A DNA stretch of 61,449 nucleotides, filler included, from Hausera hauseri (taxonomy: Eukaryota), in assembly GCA_046269625.1 (NCBI GenBank). It is 11 parts of 11 records of this genome, joined end to end, with 100 filler letters (N's around TTAATTAATTAA, not from the genome) between each part and the next. Parts side by side here need not be neighbours in the genome. Positions count along the whole stretch, not along the records: positions 47,013 to 51,346 come from JBJURY010631219.1; positions 51,447 to 57,246 come from JBJURY010186971.1; positions 57,347 to 61,449 come from JBJURY010760985.1; 8 more parts are not named here. The stretch is one strand, 5' to 3'. The notes under the pieces are model-generated. The model made no database searches and was not told the origin of the DNA. It worked only from the letters and a program-made list of their open reading frames with translations. Shown here piece by piece: positions 49,400 through 61,449 of the stretch; positions within the stretch are counted from its first letter, which is position 1; every line of letters starts with the position of its first letter. The position numbers were made by a program, and so were the translations under genes.

Positions 49400-51346
49400 C
49401 AACACAGATTTTCTTATCGATTCAGGTGAGGTGATTTCTTTACTACCGCTCACCTTTCCAACTCAACACACTCCATCAAAAATTAAACCTTTATTTACAG
49501 CTTCCGGACAACCGGTACATGTTTCCGGTGCATGTAGGCTTTGGTTTATCCTTTCGAAATTTACTCAAACGTTCCACTGGACATTTACCGTTGAAAACGT
49601 CCAAACAGCCATTTTAGGATCCGATTTCCTTTCGCACTATAACCTCCTTGTCGATTGCAAACAACGCTGCTTAACAAGTGGTCGCAATAAGGAGCGATTC
49701 GATCACGACGATACTATTTCAGCTGTCGTACGGGTGAATACAGCTCAAAAGCCGATATTAAAAAATTATTAAACGAACCTTTTTCTTACAACCATGGCAC
49801 CTTGCTTTATAAATCACTAAAGAACAATGTTATTGACGATTGAAGTTTACACAGAGATGAAAGTGATTCTGTTACTACTATCATATCCTTCGATAAAACT
49901 ACAAACTACAATATCATCTTCAATACTACCATCCTGCATCGAATACCACTTCATTCTCGACCACCAAGCAACGTCCAAATTGCTACTGTTACTGACACAG
50001 CCAAAGCTATCGGTAAGACTTTCTTGCTCCCACCTAATCTCTCACAGCTACCTACAACGTTACAGCAATTCGTCAACAAATCATGTCCACGCGTGCTTAA
50101 AAAAGATTGTACTTTTACTCCGGCCAACAGAACTTTACACCATATAGTTACACAGCATCAACGTCCAATACGTCAAAAGATACGACCTCTGTCACCTCGT
50201 CGTAGACAGGCCGTAGAAGCCGAATTTCTAGAACTAGAACATTCCAAAATTGTACGCCGCTCCAAATCCCCGTGGTCGTCACTACTACATGTCGTGCAAA
50301 AGAAGGACGGAACTTTTTGACCATGTGGTGATTACCGTCAGTTAAACACTTTGACAATAATGAATGCATACCCGTTGCCATTCATTAAGGATATCTTACA
50401 CCGTCTCGACTCAACTGCAATTTATTCTACTATTGATTTCTCCAAAGCGTACCATCAAATTCCTGTGGCACCTGAAGATATCGAAAAAACAGCCGTCGCT
50501 ACTCCTTTTGGCCTATACGAATATCTGTATATACCTTTTGGTTTACGGAATGTTGCGCAGACTTTCCAACGCCACATCGATACTATCCTTTCCGATTTTC
50601 CGTATGCTCATCCTTATATCGATGACATATTAATTGCTTCTTCCTCAACCAAACAACACGAAGAACACTTCAAATCAATCTTTCAACGCTTACACCAACA
50701 TAACCTGCAGATAAATTTCGCTAAATGTCACTTTTCCATAAACCTATACATTTTCTTGGTCATGTTATTTCTGCCGAAGGTCACTCGCCTCAGTCTGACC
50801 GAGTTGAAGCCTTAAAAAACGTACAGCTACCTCGTGCAACAACAGAAATGAGGAGTTTTTGGGATACTTTGTTCACAAGTATGTGCCATACTGCTCCGAA
50901 CTTACCGCACCGTTTGCTCATCTTAGTGGTGGAAACAAACACCAACCAATACAATGGACCCCTGAACTTGTAAACAAATCGAAAAGCTAAGAGAAGGCTT
51001 AAAAACTGTCGAAATATTAGCTTTTCCCAAGCACGATGCACAAATGATCATCAATACAGACGCCTCCACCACCGCTGTGGGAGCCGTACTTCATCAAATC
51101 TATAAGGGTGAGAACCAGCCTTTGGAGTTTTTTTCACGCAAGTTAACACCTCCCGAAACTAGATACTCCACCTTCGACCGAGAACTACTGGTGATAGTTC
51201 TGGCCTTAAAACATTTCTCACATTTACTAACTGCTCGACGTTTCACCATACAAACAGATAACAAACCTGTAATCAACATCATGACGATGAAACATCCATC
51301 ATCTAGGCAGGAACGTCAGATCTCATACTTGTCGACATTCAATTTT
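49400..51346 (+). pseudogene. Gypsy pol (protease, RT, RNase H), same family as 41046-44640
   Basis: FLIDSGEVISLLP; ILGSDFL; IDFSKAYHQIP; YIDD; TDASTTAVGAVL; FDRELL. Confidence 0.93.
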
Positions 51347-51446
51347 NNNNNNNNNNNNNNNNNNNNNNNNNNNNNNNNNNNNNNNNNNNNTTAATTAATT
51401 AANNNNNNNNNNNNNNNNNNNNNNNNNNNNNNNNNNNNNNNNNNNN

Positions 51447-52400
51447 TCGCGTAGCTTATCAAATTTGTCAACCAATTCAGGTGTCCACTGGATTGGCTGA
51501 TGTTTTTTGCCGCCTCTTAGGTGTGCGAATGGTGCTGTCAATTCGGAGAAATATGGTACGTATTTATGTACAAAGCGTAGTGTACCAGAAAAGCTGCGCA
51601 TTTCAGTGGTTGTAAGTGGCAACTGGATATTTTTAAGAGCTTTGACTCGGTCTGGTTGGGGGAATGAACGTCTGGTAAAATAACGTGGCCTAAAAAGTTA
51701 ATGCGTTTTTTGAAGAAATGGCATTTATCGAAATTGTCTTGAAGATTATGGTGGTTAAGGTGTTGGAATATTGCGCGAAGGTGTGCCTATAACATTGTCG
51801 TGGAAGAAACGTTGTATGATCATGTCTATGGAAGGTTCTGTGATCTTAAGAACTGCGCTGAAAAGTTGGGAATATAGGTCAGGAAGTTCAAAGATTTCGA
51901 TGATGTTGTGAATACGTGTTTTGATGTTATTAGGGAGTAAGAAGAGAAGATTATGTGCTTTAGTTAAATAGTCAGTAATGTTATATGCCTGCAGCCATAG
52001 TTGATGAAATTGCAACCAAGTTTTGCTGGAGACTTGGTTGTCAATAAAGAATTCGGTGCAGTTAGGGAAAGAAGCGGAAGAGGTAATGGATGGGAGGTTA
52101 CTAGTAGTGGTAGGAATGGGTTTTTGAAGCAATATGACAGATTTTAATTTCGTGGTGGTTTTATCCGTGGTGTCTATGATTGGCGAAGAGTTCATGCCAC
52201 CATGAGTACGGAAATGTATGTGGAGATAAGTGTGGGTTGAGAAAGATGGTATGGTTCCGGTGAGAATATTATAAAACCGTTATGTGTAAGATAGAAATCG
52301 AAAGAGTTGAGTAAGAAAGAAATGAAGGTACACAGGGTTGAAATATATAGATGTGATATAATGAGTGTGTATGTGTTTATTATTAGGAAAAGAAAAATGT
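51447..52400 (-). mobile_element. Deleted copy of the same Gypsy family: Ubl leader and Gag N-terminus joined to an RT fragment
   Basis: DFYLTHNGF...YLHIHFRTHGG|MNSSPIIDTTDK; SKTWLQFHQLWLQ; RT thumb at 51447-51750. Confidence 0.85.
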
Positions 52401-52415
52401 AGAGTGGAGAGGTAG

Positions 52416-52607
52416 TGTGCCCAGGGGCGTGTTGCGGGGCTGAAGCAAAAAGCGCCGCCTGACCCACTGGCGCAGGGTGGGCAGCCGGGACCTCAGCCTC
52501 GCTGCGGCGGATCCCAATTTTTCGGGGTGACCGATCACCCCTCTGGCCGTTCAGGGTAGTCTTCACTTCTAAAGTCAAGTTGCTGGGCTTCACCGGGCAT
52601 GGTTACA
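52416..52607 (+). repeat. Candidate short GC-rich LTR (TG...CA) preceded by a PPT-like tract
   Basis: AGAGTGGAGAGGTAG|TGTGCCC ... GGTTACA. Sharp GC boundaries; internal hairpin GGGGTGA...TCACCCC. Confidence 0.5.
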
Positions 52608-54017
52608 AATGATTTTAATGGTGGTGAATAAACAAAATAATTTTTGTAGGCAAATTTGATCAAAATGTCCATATGGCACTTAATGTATACTGCAACAATT
52701 ATTCGATTACCTTTATATGAATCTGTCAGTCCCGATGCAATAACGAAAATGATAATCAAACCGGTCTGATTGATACTGTCGACGATATTGCACTTCTTTG
52801 TTTCGTTGATACCCCGCATATTTGTGGACAAGGCAGTCAACAAAGTTGGCTATGTCACAAAGAGATCCCGGTTAACCAGAAGAGGTTGTTCCGTTAAAAC
52901 TCAAATATCTCGAGTAAGATGTCGATCCTGCATTGTGGACATGCTTGACGGCTAATTGTGTACGAAATTCGTGATGACTTCCATTTAGAACAGACACAAT
53001 AGCGAATTGAATTTCCTAGAATAGTTCATGAAAATTTGCCGTAATATGTATGGCAATTCATCTTCCATCGTCGTATGTGCGTATCAGTCCATTTGTTATC
53101 GAGGATTAAACGTTTTGTCAAATTTAACGTTTTCGCTGAATCAAACGCGTTGTGTTTTGATTGCCAGATTTTTCTTTGTGATTTCACCAACATCAGAATT
53201 TAAACAGATGTTTACATCGAATTTTAATCTGCTTACCAAGGCATAAATTATGCTCTTTTGGTTAGTTGTGTTGCCGTTGAGCTGAAAGGACAAGAGTATT
53301 TGATCAATAAGTCGGACTGCTCTAGTTGCAAAACTAATGTAATCTGTTTCTACAATGTGCCCTATTATGATTTCCTCCATGGAATCAAGTAATCCGGTTC
53401 CAACTAGATTCCCTTGGCTAGAACTGACTTCATTCGTACAAGCCAGAGGATAAAGAAATGGTAAAATCGCTGCTGTAAAGTGTTGTTTAATAATTCCAGC
53501 AAATGGATAGAATTTGCCTTGAACCAAATCGCCAATCCAATCGCACATCATTGTCGGAAAATTACCATGATGAGTTCATTCCCGTCATGTTTTTAACACA
53601 GACCAGCAAGACGTATGTTTGCCGCAATGAATTATGACCGTTAGAGTTCTGAGTGCACAATTTTAATGCCCAGATATTCGCGATCTGGAAGTTTTAATAC
53701 ATCGACAAGTTCTTCAACGTGAATAACGACGAGCTTCAGTTGACTTTCGGACAATTCGTCGTCGGTGTTTGACTGGTTTTTATTAACAGATGCATTAGTC
53801 GATTGACAACATAGTGTTTCTATACCGTCCAATGAAGTATATGTACACTTTTCATCATTTAAAGACAAATTATCATAATGTCCACTTCGACGTCGTATGT
53901 CATTGGTGTGATCACAAGTAATTCTACTCAATGGCAAATTGCTGTTTTTCATCTGATGCGCACTGATCAGAGTCTGGATCGGTCTCTTGACGGAATGAAT
54001 TATTGTTTACGTATGTC

Positions 54018-54830
54018 TTAAGGGCAACTACACCATACCAGATGTTGCTTGTCGTGGACTGTTTGTTTTCCGCAGAGCAATTTGATAGACGTGTCAGAAT
54101 TCTGAGAACATTTCCCGAATCCTGATTCAGTGACGACCATAATCATGGTGTCATCGACATTAATTCTAAATATGTGAGCGATATTTGCATGAACAAACTG
54201 TGCAAGGCTGACAGTATTTATCCACATCGCTGCGAATATTTGTGATCCGCCCTTTTCAACTAAACAGTAATACAACGGTTCCATTGTTTTAGCCCGAACT
54301 GGAAGAATAAGGCAAAGATTCGGTTCCAATTTGTTCTGTCGAGTGCGACAAATCGGATAGACAATAACCAACTGTTGACGTGTGGCGAAAATCGAATGAA
54401 TTCGGGATTTGTTCTGGTTGACGATTTTCTGCGCTTCGAAATAGAGAATATTCTTTCTCAGTTTCTTGACTTTCTTCGGTTCCAAAACGACACCGACTTT
54501 CAGACATTCGTGGCAGTGGTTGTGTAGAAACAACAGAAACTCTTGGGCGTCCTGTTGATCATTGCTTTGCAAACTGCGTTCGGTATTTGGCAATTCCAAA
54601 CGGAAATCATCGGACAACGAATTACAGTCGAGTTGTAACAACCAGAGACTATTGAGAAACATGAAGAATTTCGTTAACAACATCAAATTCATAGTGTCTG
54701 AATTCTTCGAGGATTTGCTATCGTCAACGAATTCGTCGAGAACAAAATATTTCGCAAGTTGATCGATTGAATTCAAACATTAGATGATGATATTGATATA
54801 GCATGTGTTGCCATTGTTCGCAGTATCCTT
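54018..54830 (-). pseudogene. Ubiquitin-specific protease (USP, peptidase C19) N-terminal catalytic remnant
   Basis: Cys box ANNGNTCYIN (about 54795-54822), an in-frame stop, then QQDAQEFLLFL. No His box seen. Confidence 0.8.
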
Positions 54831-57065
54831 CGGTGTAATTTCCTCTGTTACTGTTCATGGGATGCAATGAACAATGCCAATCTCGATCGTCTTCGTCACT
54901 TCACAGACAAATGGCTAGCAACATCGCCGGTTTCACGATTTTGGTCATCATTGGAACGTCTCATTCTTGTCGACGATATGTCCAACGATTTGGAGAAAAT
55001 CATCTTCAATGAAATCAGACCCTTTTTCCCATCAGGTTGATTACAATTATCCAATTCTTTCGGAAATGTTTGGTTTTTTTGGTGAAGAATTTTAATCAAA
55101 CGAATTTGCTTTAGAAAACGAAGATCGAAGTTTGGAAGATACAGTAAAAGTCCTGTCAGGCTTTTCGTTGCAATTATTCACGGAACTCTTGGAATTTTCG
55201 TCGTCGATTTCTTGTCTTTAGAGAATGAACGGATTTCCCACTGGTACTTTTACGGTTTGACCAGAATTGATTGTGCATTCTGATGTTAGTTTGGAAAGAA
55301 AATTAACTGTTTTGTACTGGTATAATCTGACACCAGTTTCGAGTTGCCAACTCAGGCTCCCGAATTCTGAGAAAATACCGAACAACTAATATCTTACAAT
55401 TGATCAAGAAAATTAAACAAATCTCCAACATCATAACTAATGGCCTGTAGATTTAAATATTCATGCGATAATTTTAGATGTTTTTCAAATATTTTGATAA
55501 CTTCTTCCAAATATTGATTGTTGTTATCATAATCATTCCAGATAGGAGAATCAATGTCTTTCATAAGTGCTTGGATTAATAAAACAGCATGAGACGTGAC
55601 ATGCAATTATAAAACAATAGTTTGTAAAGACTGTCTAACGGCATGCGGTGTCATACTTTCGGACTATTGTTCTCTAGCCAGTCCAAAGTCACATAATTCT
55701 CTATTTCGACCAAATAAATAGCAATTTTTCAGCCAATCATTAGTTTTTGAATTAATTTTTTGTCCTTCATAACATCTAAATGCAAACCAGAGGGCGGCTT
55801 TCCGGTCCAATCTGGAACTTTAAAATTGTTGACATTTGGTATTTCTGATGGTCTGTGTTTAGACATTTTGCAACAAACTTTCAAATAAAACGAAAATTCA
55901 AATATTGAGTTTACATTAAAATGAATTTAAACAAATTATTTGTTATTAGGCATGAAAACATGTAAATCACATATCTATATTTCATAATTGAATTCGTGAA
56001 ATAAAATTTCCCGTTAACTTCAAACACGACACCAATAACTTTCATTGCTTGAAAATACCATAATTGTATTAATATCGAATTACGCAACAACGTTGGAAAT
56101 GATTTAGGTTCATTGTCTGGATTTCGTCTGCTGGGCAACTTAGACAATCAAACGGTTCCAAAAGTCTACTAATCGTCCACGGTGTAAAAACTAACTCCAT
56201 TTGACGCGATTGTCTTTCTGATCTTAAAAGTGGTTTGGATGATGTAATTGCAACATCGTACGTTTTAGCTTTATCGTTTGATGCACTTCTCGGCACCTGT
56301 CTGAGGATTGTATTTGTGGCTGCATTCCAATATTTCAAATGATTTCATTGCATCCCATGTTGAAAATATTTTGTGGCTGATTGTTGAAAGAGATTCACAT
56401 TCCTTTAGGAGGCTACTCGTCATATACAAAACAACATCAATTTCCAATAAATTTTTTATTGAACTTAATATGTCAATATTACGCATAGTGTCAATGACAA
56501 ATCCAATATCGACAAGAATTCTGAGAGGAGTTCCTGTACCAAATTCTTTGACATTTCTGAAAAATCTTTAAAGCCTTTTTACACCGTTTTAAGCGAATTT
56601 AATTGTAGGTTATATTTAAAAAGATTTCAAAACATGAATGTTAAAACAAACTATTTTAGCAAATGTTTTCAGCGTGTTTCAGTATTTCTTCCAACTAAAC
56701 AGGAGTAAATTAGGCTTATTTACATTTGACATTGGGGTGGAACGGAAATGACTTCAGCATTTTTTTGCAAACAGATGACTGCATTTTATGCATCGCTTAA
56801 CGGACCAACAGTGCTGTCATTTGTGATACTAGAGGCGCTACTCGATGTAACTTCTATCAAGGCNNNNNNNNNNCCGTGTTCAACCCAATGGGCCAAAGTG
56901 CACCAGCCACTGTGTGCACCACAGACAGGATGAAAGAGATTGTTGATCCGGTTAAAAACCAAAGTGGTGGTGGTGTAAAACGAAAAAGACATGTAAATTA
57001 AGCTGCTCTGAAACGAAGATGATTAAGTATAAACAAACGCCATAAAAGTACGATTTTCGGTGAAT

Positions 57066-57246
57066 AATGGCTTTAGTTCAAAATCGGAATTGTGCATTTT
57101 CGATCATGCAGTGCCACAAGTTGTTATAGAAGCATCTGCATTTGAAACATATTACCCCAAAGATTCGATTTCTAATACCAATACTATAGAATTCAACAAA
57201 TGGATCAGATACTGATTATTTAGACTTAAATGACACATTGCTGTAT
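57066..57246 (+). pseudogene. N-terminal fragment of a Polinton/Adintovirus major capsid protein
   Basis: SKSELCIFDHAVPQVVIE...YYPKDSIS...IEF...GSDTDYLDLNDTLLY resembles the KSELDLF..P.TQ..IE...P...IEF...YIDL pattern. Preceded by a basic QSGGGVKRKR segment. Confidence 0.72.
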
Positions 57247-58224
57247 NNNNNNNNNNNNNNNNNNNNNNNNNNNNNNNNNNNNNNNNNNNNTTAATTAATT
57301 AANNNNNNNNNNNNNNNNNNNNNNNNNNNNNNNNNNNNNNNNNNNNAAAGACTTGCATGTTTAGTAAACTGTTGTATAATAAAACTTAAATGTGTTTTGT
57401 GTTCAATAAAAACAAGTCACTGATTACAAAATTTATTATATTACAACAATCATTGACTATATTTAGTAAAGTTATTAATTGCATTGTTCAGTTCCTTCTG
57501 ATTGTTTTACAACTCTTCTATTATTCTGATTATTTTACCGATCATTGGACTGACATTAGTCAATATGTATCGTATCACTTCCAACAATATCTCTGGTGCA
57601 ACATATGTTAACTCATTTGTTGTAGTAAACAGGTTTTGCACTGCATTCAATGCACAGTGAATTTCTTCTTCTTTCAATTGTATCAGTACTGAAGCAGCAG
57701 AAATTGGACAATGTTTTCGAGTCAATTGCGTGGGACATTTTACATTAATCTAATTTTCAAGGTCTATATTTATACCCGATCACCAAAATTAAAACAAAAT
57801 TTTTTTGACACAAACCAACCAATCAGATTACACCAAATTAATTAGGGGTGGGAATAGTGAAACCCAATCTGCACCAGAAATCCCTTTGTTTACAACCAAA
57901 TGTAAATTAATTTTTACGTGCGAAATTTAAATTTTTTCATACCGCCCGAATCCATACAGTACGCGTGCTTGTGTATCCACTTTTTGACTGTGTCTCCTAT
58001 CTCCGCCCTATTAATCGCGTATGTGCGTATCATTTTTTCTATCCCATGACTCATCTGCAAACCACAAAAATTTTCCTTCTCCGGAGGAGTGGGGTATAGT
58101 GCCGTGTCCTTACACCCTACTACTCTTTTTCATTAAGAAGCAACTGGATAAGGACGGAATTAAAGCCCTGATGATTTTCCATGTACATCAAGCAGCTTTT
58201 TATACCGTATCCTTTAGCTACCAT

Positions 58225-58470
58225 TGTAAGGCTTTTTCTCGTCCGAAAAGAACCGGAGGCGGCCCGATGCATCATTCTTCAGACATGTGATGAAATGCTG
58301 GCATTTTACAACTCTCTTGGTCTTCATGACTACCGAACCATTAGAACAAAGCTGTTCTAGTGCAGATCCTCATGGACGATCTTCCTCACTGTCCCGTCAC
58401 CAACCTGCAGAATAGCAGCCATTTTCCTCATGGACATCCTTGGATCTTCCTCTACTATGATCTAAAACCT
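58225..58470 (-). mobile_element. Tc1/mariner-superfamily transposase fragment
   Basis: DPRMSMRKMAAILQVGDGTVRKIVHEDL...KRVVKC...LRFFSDEK. Confidence 0.75.
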
Positions 58471-61449
58471 CTGGATAATTTCTTTGGATCAAATCTTTTC
58501 ACCATGTTTTAACTACGATAACCTACCGATCGATAAAAACATCTATGCATTGTCGAATCTTAATCAACTTCTATCAGTCTGTATTTCATAGTTCAATCTA
58601 TTATTTATCACATAACAAAACTACAATAAAATACTTGTCACAAAATCTACAACTTAAAATATTCCTTACTTTTTCGGATTACGTAATGAAATCCTATTTA
58701 GCATCTAACAAAAATTTTCTCGGAATTTCTAATTCAATTTTCTTTGACAAAACTAATAACAATAATGACCAGATTTTAATCAAAAAATTTTCAATAAGGA
58801 TTAAACAACACAATCCATTTCAACAATTTCCTAACGATAAAAAAAGAATTCAAATAATACAATATTCAACAAACTGAGAAATAAATTTCTTTTCGTAATA
58901 TCGATGGTTACATAATATGTTGTCCTTAATATGTCATCAAGCGAAATTTATATCGTTATGCTACAAAAATGATTCATACAAGTGATGGCTCGTCAGAAGA
59001 CTACAAAACGACCAATGAACATCTCCATTTAATTTTCCATAATGTATCATTCCTTTACCAAAGAAATAAATTCCTTAAAGAAATTGTTTTGTAAAATCCG
59101 ATTGCTGATTACAGCATTAAAGCTGTCCATCAGCTTACTCATAGACTACAGTAAATTTCGATCGCCAATTACGGCATATTATCGCCCACTTCATAACTTA
59201 CGCAACGAATCTCTAGTATCACTCGAACATCTGGATTTTCTTAATTGATTTTCCGCCAGTTGTAAAAAGTAACAGTCGCATATTATTCATCTCCAAGTAT
59301 ATAGGATATCGTTGCATCTGTTTACTGAATATAATATTTCGAGTATAATTATTTGGAGTTAAATTGCATAATTTATAAGTATAGTATTACTAATTCGGTG
59401 AAACAATAATTTATTAATAATTGCCGTCGTAATGAATCACGCATGACAGAATTACGACAACTATCAATAGTAATTACAAGTAACCAATATTTATTGTACA
59501 AATCAATAACAATAAATAAAGAACGGCTAAATATTTTTACTATTACATTTCAATTTAACACTAATTCAAATAATTCAAGGGAATTTTACCCATTTCGTTA
59601 TTGATTTGATTCATCTCTTGCTGATAATCTTGATTATTCATAATGTATCGTTGCCTTTATATTTGTAATGATCTGATAAGAAAATTCTCCGAATATTCCG
59701 ATTGTTAGTCAGCTGCAATGAGTTTAGCTTTTTCCAAAATAATCCGCTAGATACAATAGCAATGGTTTGGATGGAATAAACTATAAGACAATTGTATAAG
59801 TGAATAAATTTAACACTTAGCAACTTGGATTTCAGTATGGCCCTTTATGATGAACTTCGTGATACCATTAATGATTTCAATTAAGTCTATAAATAATAGT
59901 AAGAAAGAATTTACTTTCTGACTAAGACGTACATCTGAACTACTTTGAATGAAAATCTGCGTTCAATTAATGGTTCGATTCGGACTAAGAATGTTTATTG
60001 ATGTGGTTTCGCACTGGCTTATATAGAGATGATGAATTCCAAATTCCATTGGACTTCATGTCTATGTATGATAGTGTTTTTATTAAAATTGATGTTATCC
60101 TTGTGTTATTTCGTACATTGTTATATCGAATTTATAAATATAAAATTGGCGGGAGACATCCCTGAACTTTTAGGCAAATAAAAGTGTCCTCTCTACCTTA
60201 TTCCTTTGATTGATCCGAAAACCACTTCCTCACCTGATTGGCTATTTCGATCATTTCACTAAAGATTTCTCACGACCTCCATGGCCGAAAAGGAGGTCGA
60301 GCAACGGACTTGGGACCAAGTGACATTGATAGCGCGTGACGAGGTGTGCAAAAATTAATATAAGTGCGGCTTACAGAAATGTAAGGGAGAGGCGCTAGAA
60401 GAGGAAGAAGCAAAACAGCAAATGTGCCACGCATAACGTGAAACATGTTGCTAGCACTCAGAAAATGTGTATAATGAATAAATCGATGTTGGCGATCTTA
60501 ATGGGCACGGCTGCAACGTTGTTTGACTATGTGAACATAGGGAAAAACTTATGGGAAAATTTCAAATTTGAAAAGTTTCCCATTGAACAAGTCAGACGGT
60601 GGTCGAAATGGGTTGTGCACATAGAACTTTTAGGCAGATATATGACTTTAAATTATTTTATAGTTTAAGCATAACAGTATGATTATGTTATGTATTAATA
60701 TAAATTAAACGTATTGTTATAGTTACCGGTGAACCCCATTCGTTTCCTGACTATAACAGTAAATTACACTGGAAGCTAGATTAAACTTATGCAAGTTTGG
60801 TTTAATGTTTTCGTTAAAACAAATGTATCCTCCTTTAGAACGCCTGCTGGGTAATGAATGCAATGTCCTGTGCAGAAGTTTACAAACTCTTAACTATATA
60901 ATTTACGTCAATATTTTGCTGTTTAGTGGATCTCAGATCACTTTTAAGGAGCGATGAAAAACTATATTAATAGATTTCAAAATACACAGAAAAATATATT
61001 TACAGAAAATAAATAAACCACAACCTCCTTAGGTTAGACCAATTCCGTAAGTAACAATTCTTCAGATCAATGATAAGTCGCGTCTCTAGCATCTCGTAAG
61101 GTTTCCTTCCAATTTGCTTCAAGATCCTTTATTCTGAATTCGGAGACTTTAGCCTGCTAAACTTCAACTTTTGTCATATTCGTTTTGTGCTAATTTGCTC
61201 TGCTATTTATACCATTCTCTACGTGGGTTCATTAAATTTGGTCTTCAATTTTTCGTGGTGTTATCAATAGTTTTTCAATTTAAAATAATTCATTCTACAA
61301 TATTTCTATTATTTGTACTTCCAAATAACGCATTCATTTTATAATATTCAATTATGACTTGTTTTTCTCACGGATAACGATAAAATATTCCAAAATATTA
61401 TTGATTATTATAAAACAGTTCTTCATTTCACACTGGTTATAATCAATTA

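Noticed and set aside
52640-53952. Possible inositol-phosphatase (INPP1/IMPase-like) pseudogene on the minus strand
   Set aside because: Only weak resemblance (LGIKI; PFAGIIKQHF), and the DPIDGT motif is absent.
93-54830. Ubiquitin-pathway 'cluster' (RING, RBR, UBX-HECT, Ubl, USP) as one system
   Set aside because: The parts lie on different, artificially joined contigs, possibly from different organisms.
7198-57346. Regularly recurring TTAATTAATTAA palindromes as a biological repeat or array
   Set aside because: Always centred in 88 N; this is an assembly spacer with stops in all six frames.
60280-60350. Possible LINE (RTE-like) ORF2 C-terminal remnant (TWDQVTLIARD)
   Set aside because: Too short to support.

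Overview
Eukaryotic (animal), repeat-rich pseudo-scaffold. It consists of 11 unrelated contigs joined by ten artificial 100-bp linkers (44 N + TTAATTAATTAA + 44 N), so adjacency across linkers has no biological meaning. Most content is decayed mobile DNA: five Ty3/Gypsy segments, one BEL/Pao, two Polinton/Adintovirus-type protein-primed PolB loci plus a capsid fragment, piggyBac, two Tc1/mariner remnants and a hAT remnant. It also holds host-gene remnants (TAM41, USP, RBR/HOIL-1-like), an intact triple-HTH gene, and one teleost-looking contig with UBX+HECT exons. Three observations stand out. (1) A Gypsy family whose Gag is preceded by a ubiquitin-fold-like domain ending in GG|M, seen in two diverged copies, which suggests host-DUB release of Gag. 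(2) A Gypsy element that carries, between integrase and its PPT/3' LTR, a pol-fused type-I membrane protein with three FN3-like repeats and a probably spliced ~800-aa accessory gene ending in a RING finger; a diverged second copy conserves an acceptor-4 nt-GTAAGT splice motif. (3) A BEL/Pao Gag with tandem CCCH zinc fingers. All family calls come from manual motif recognition; no database search was run.
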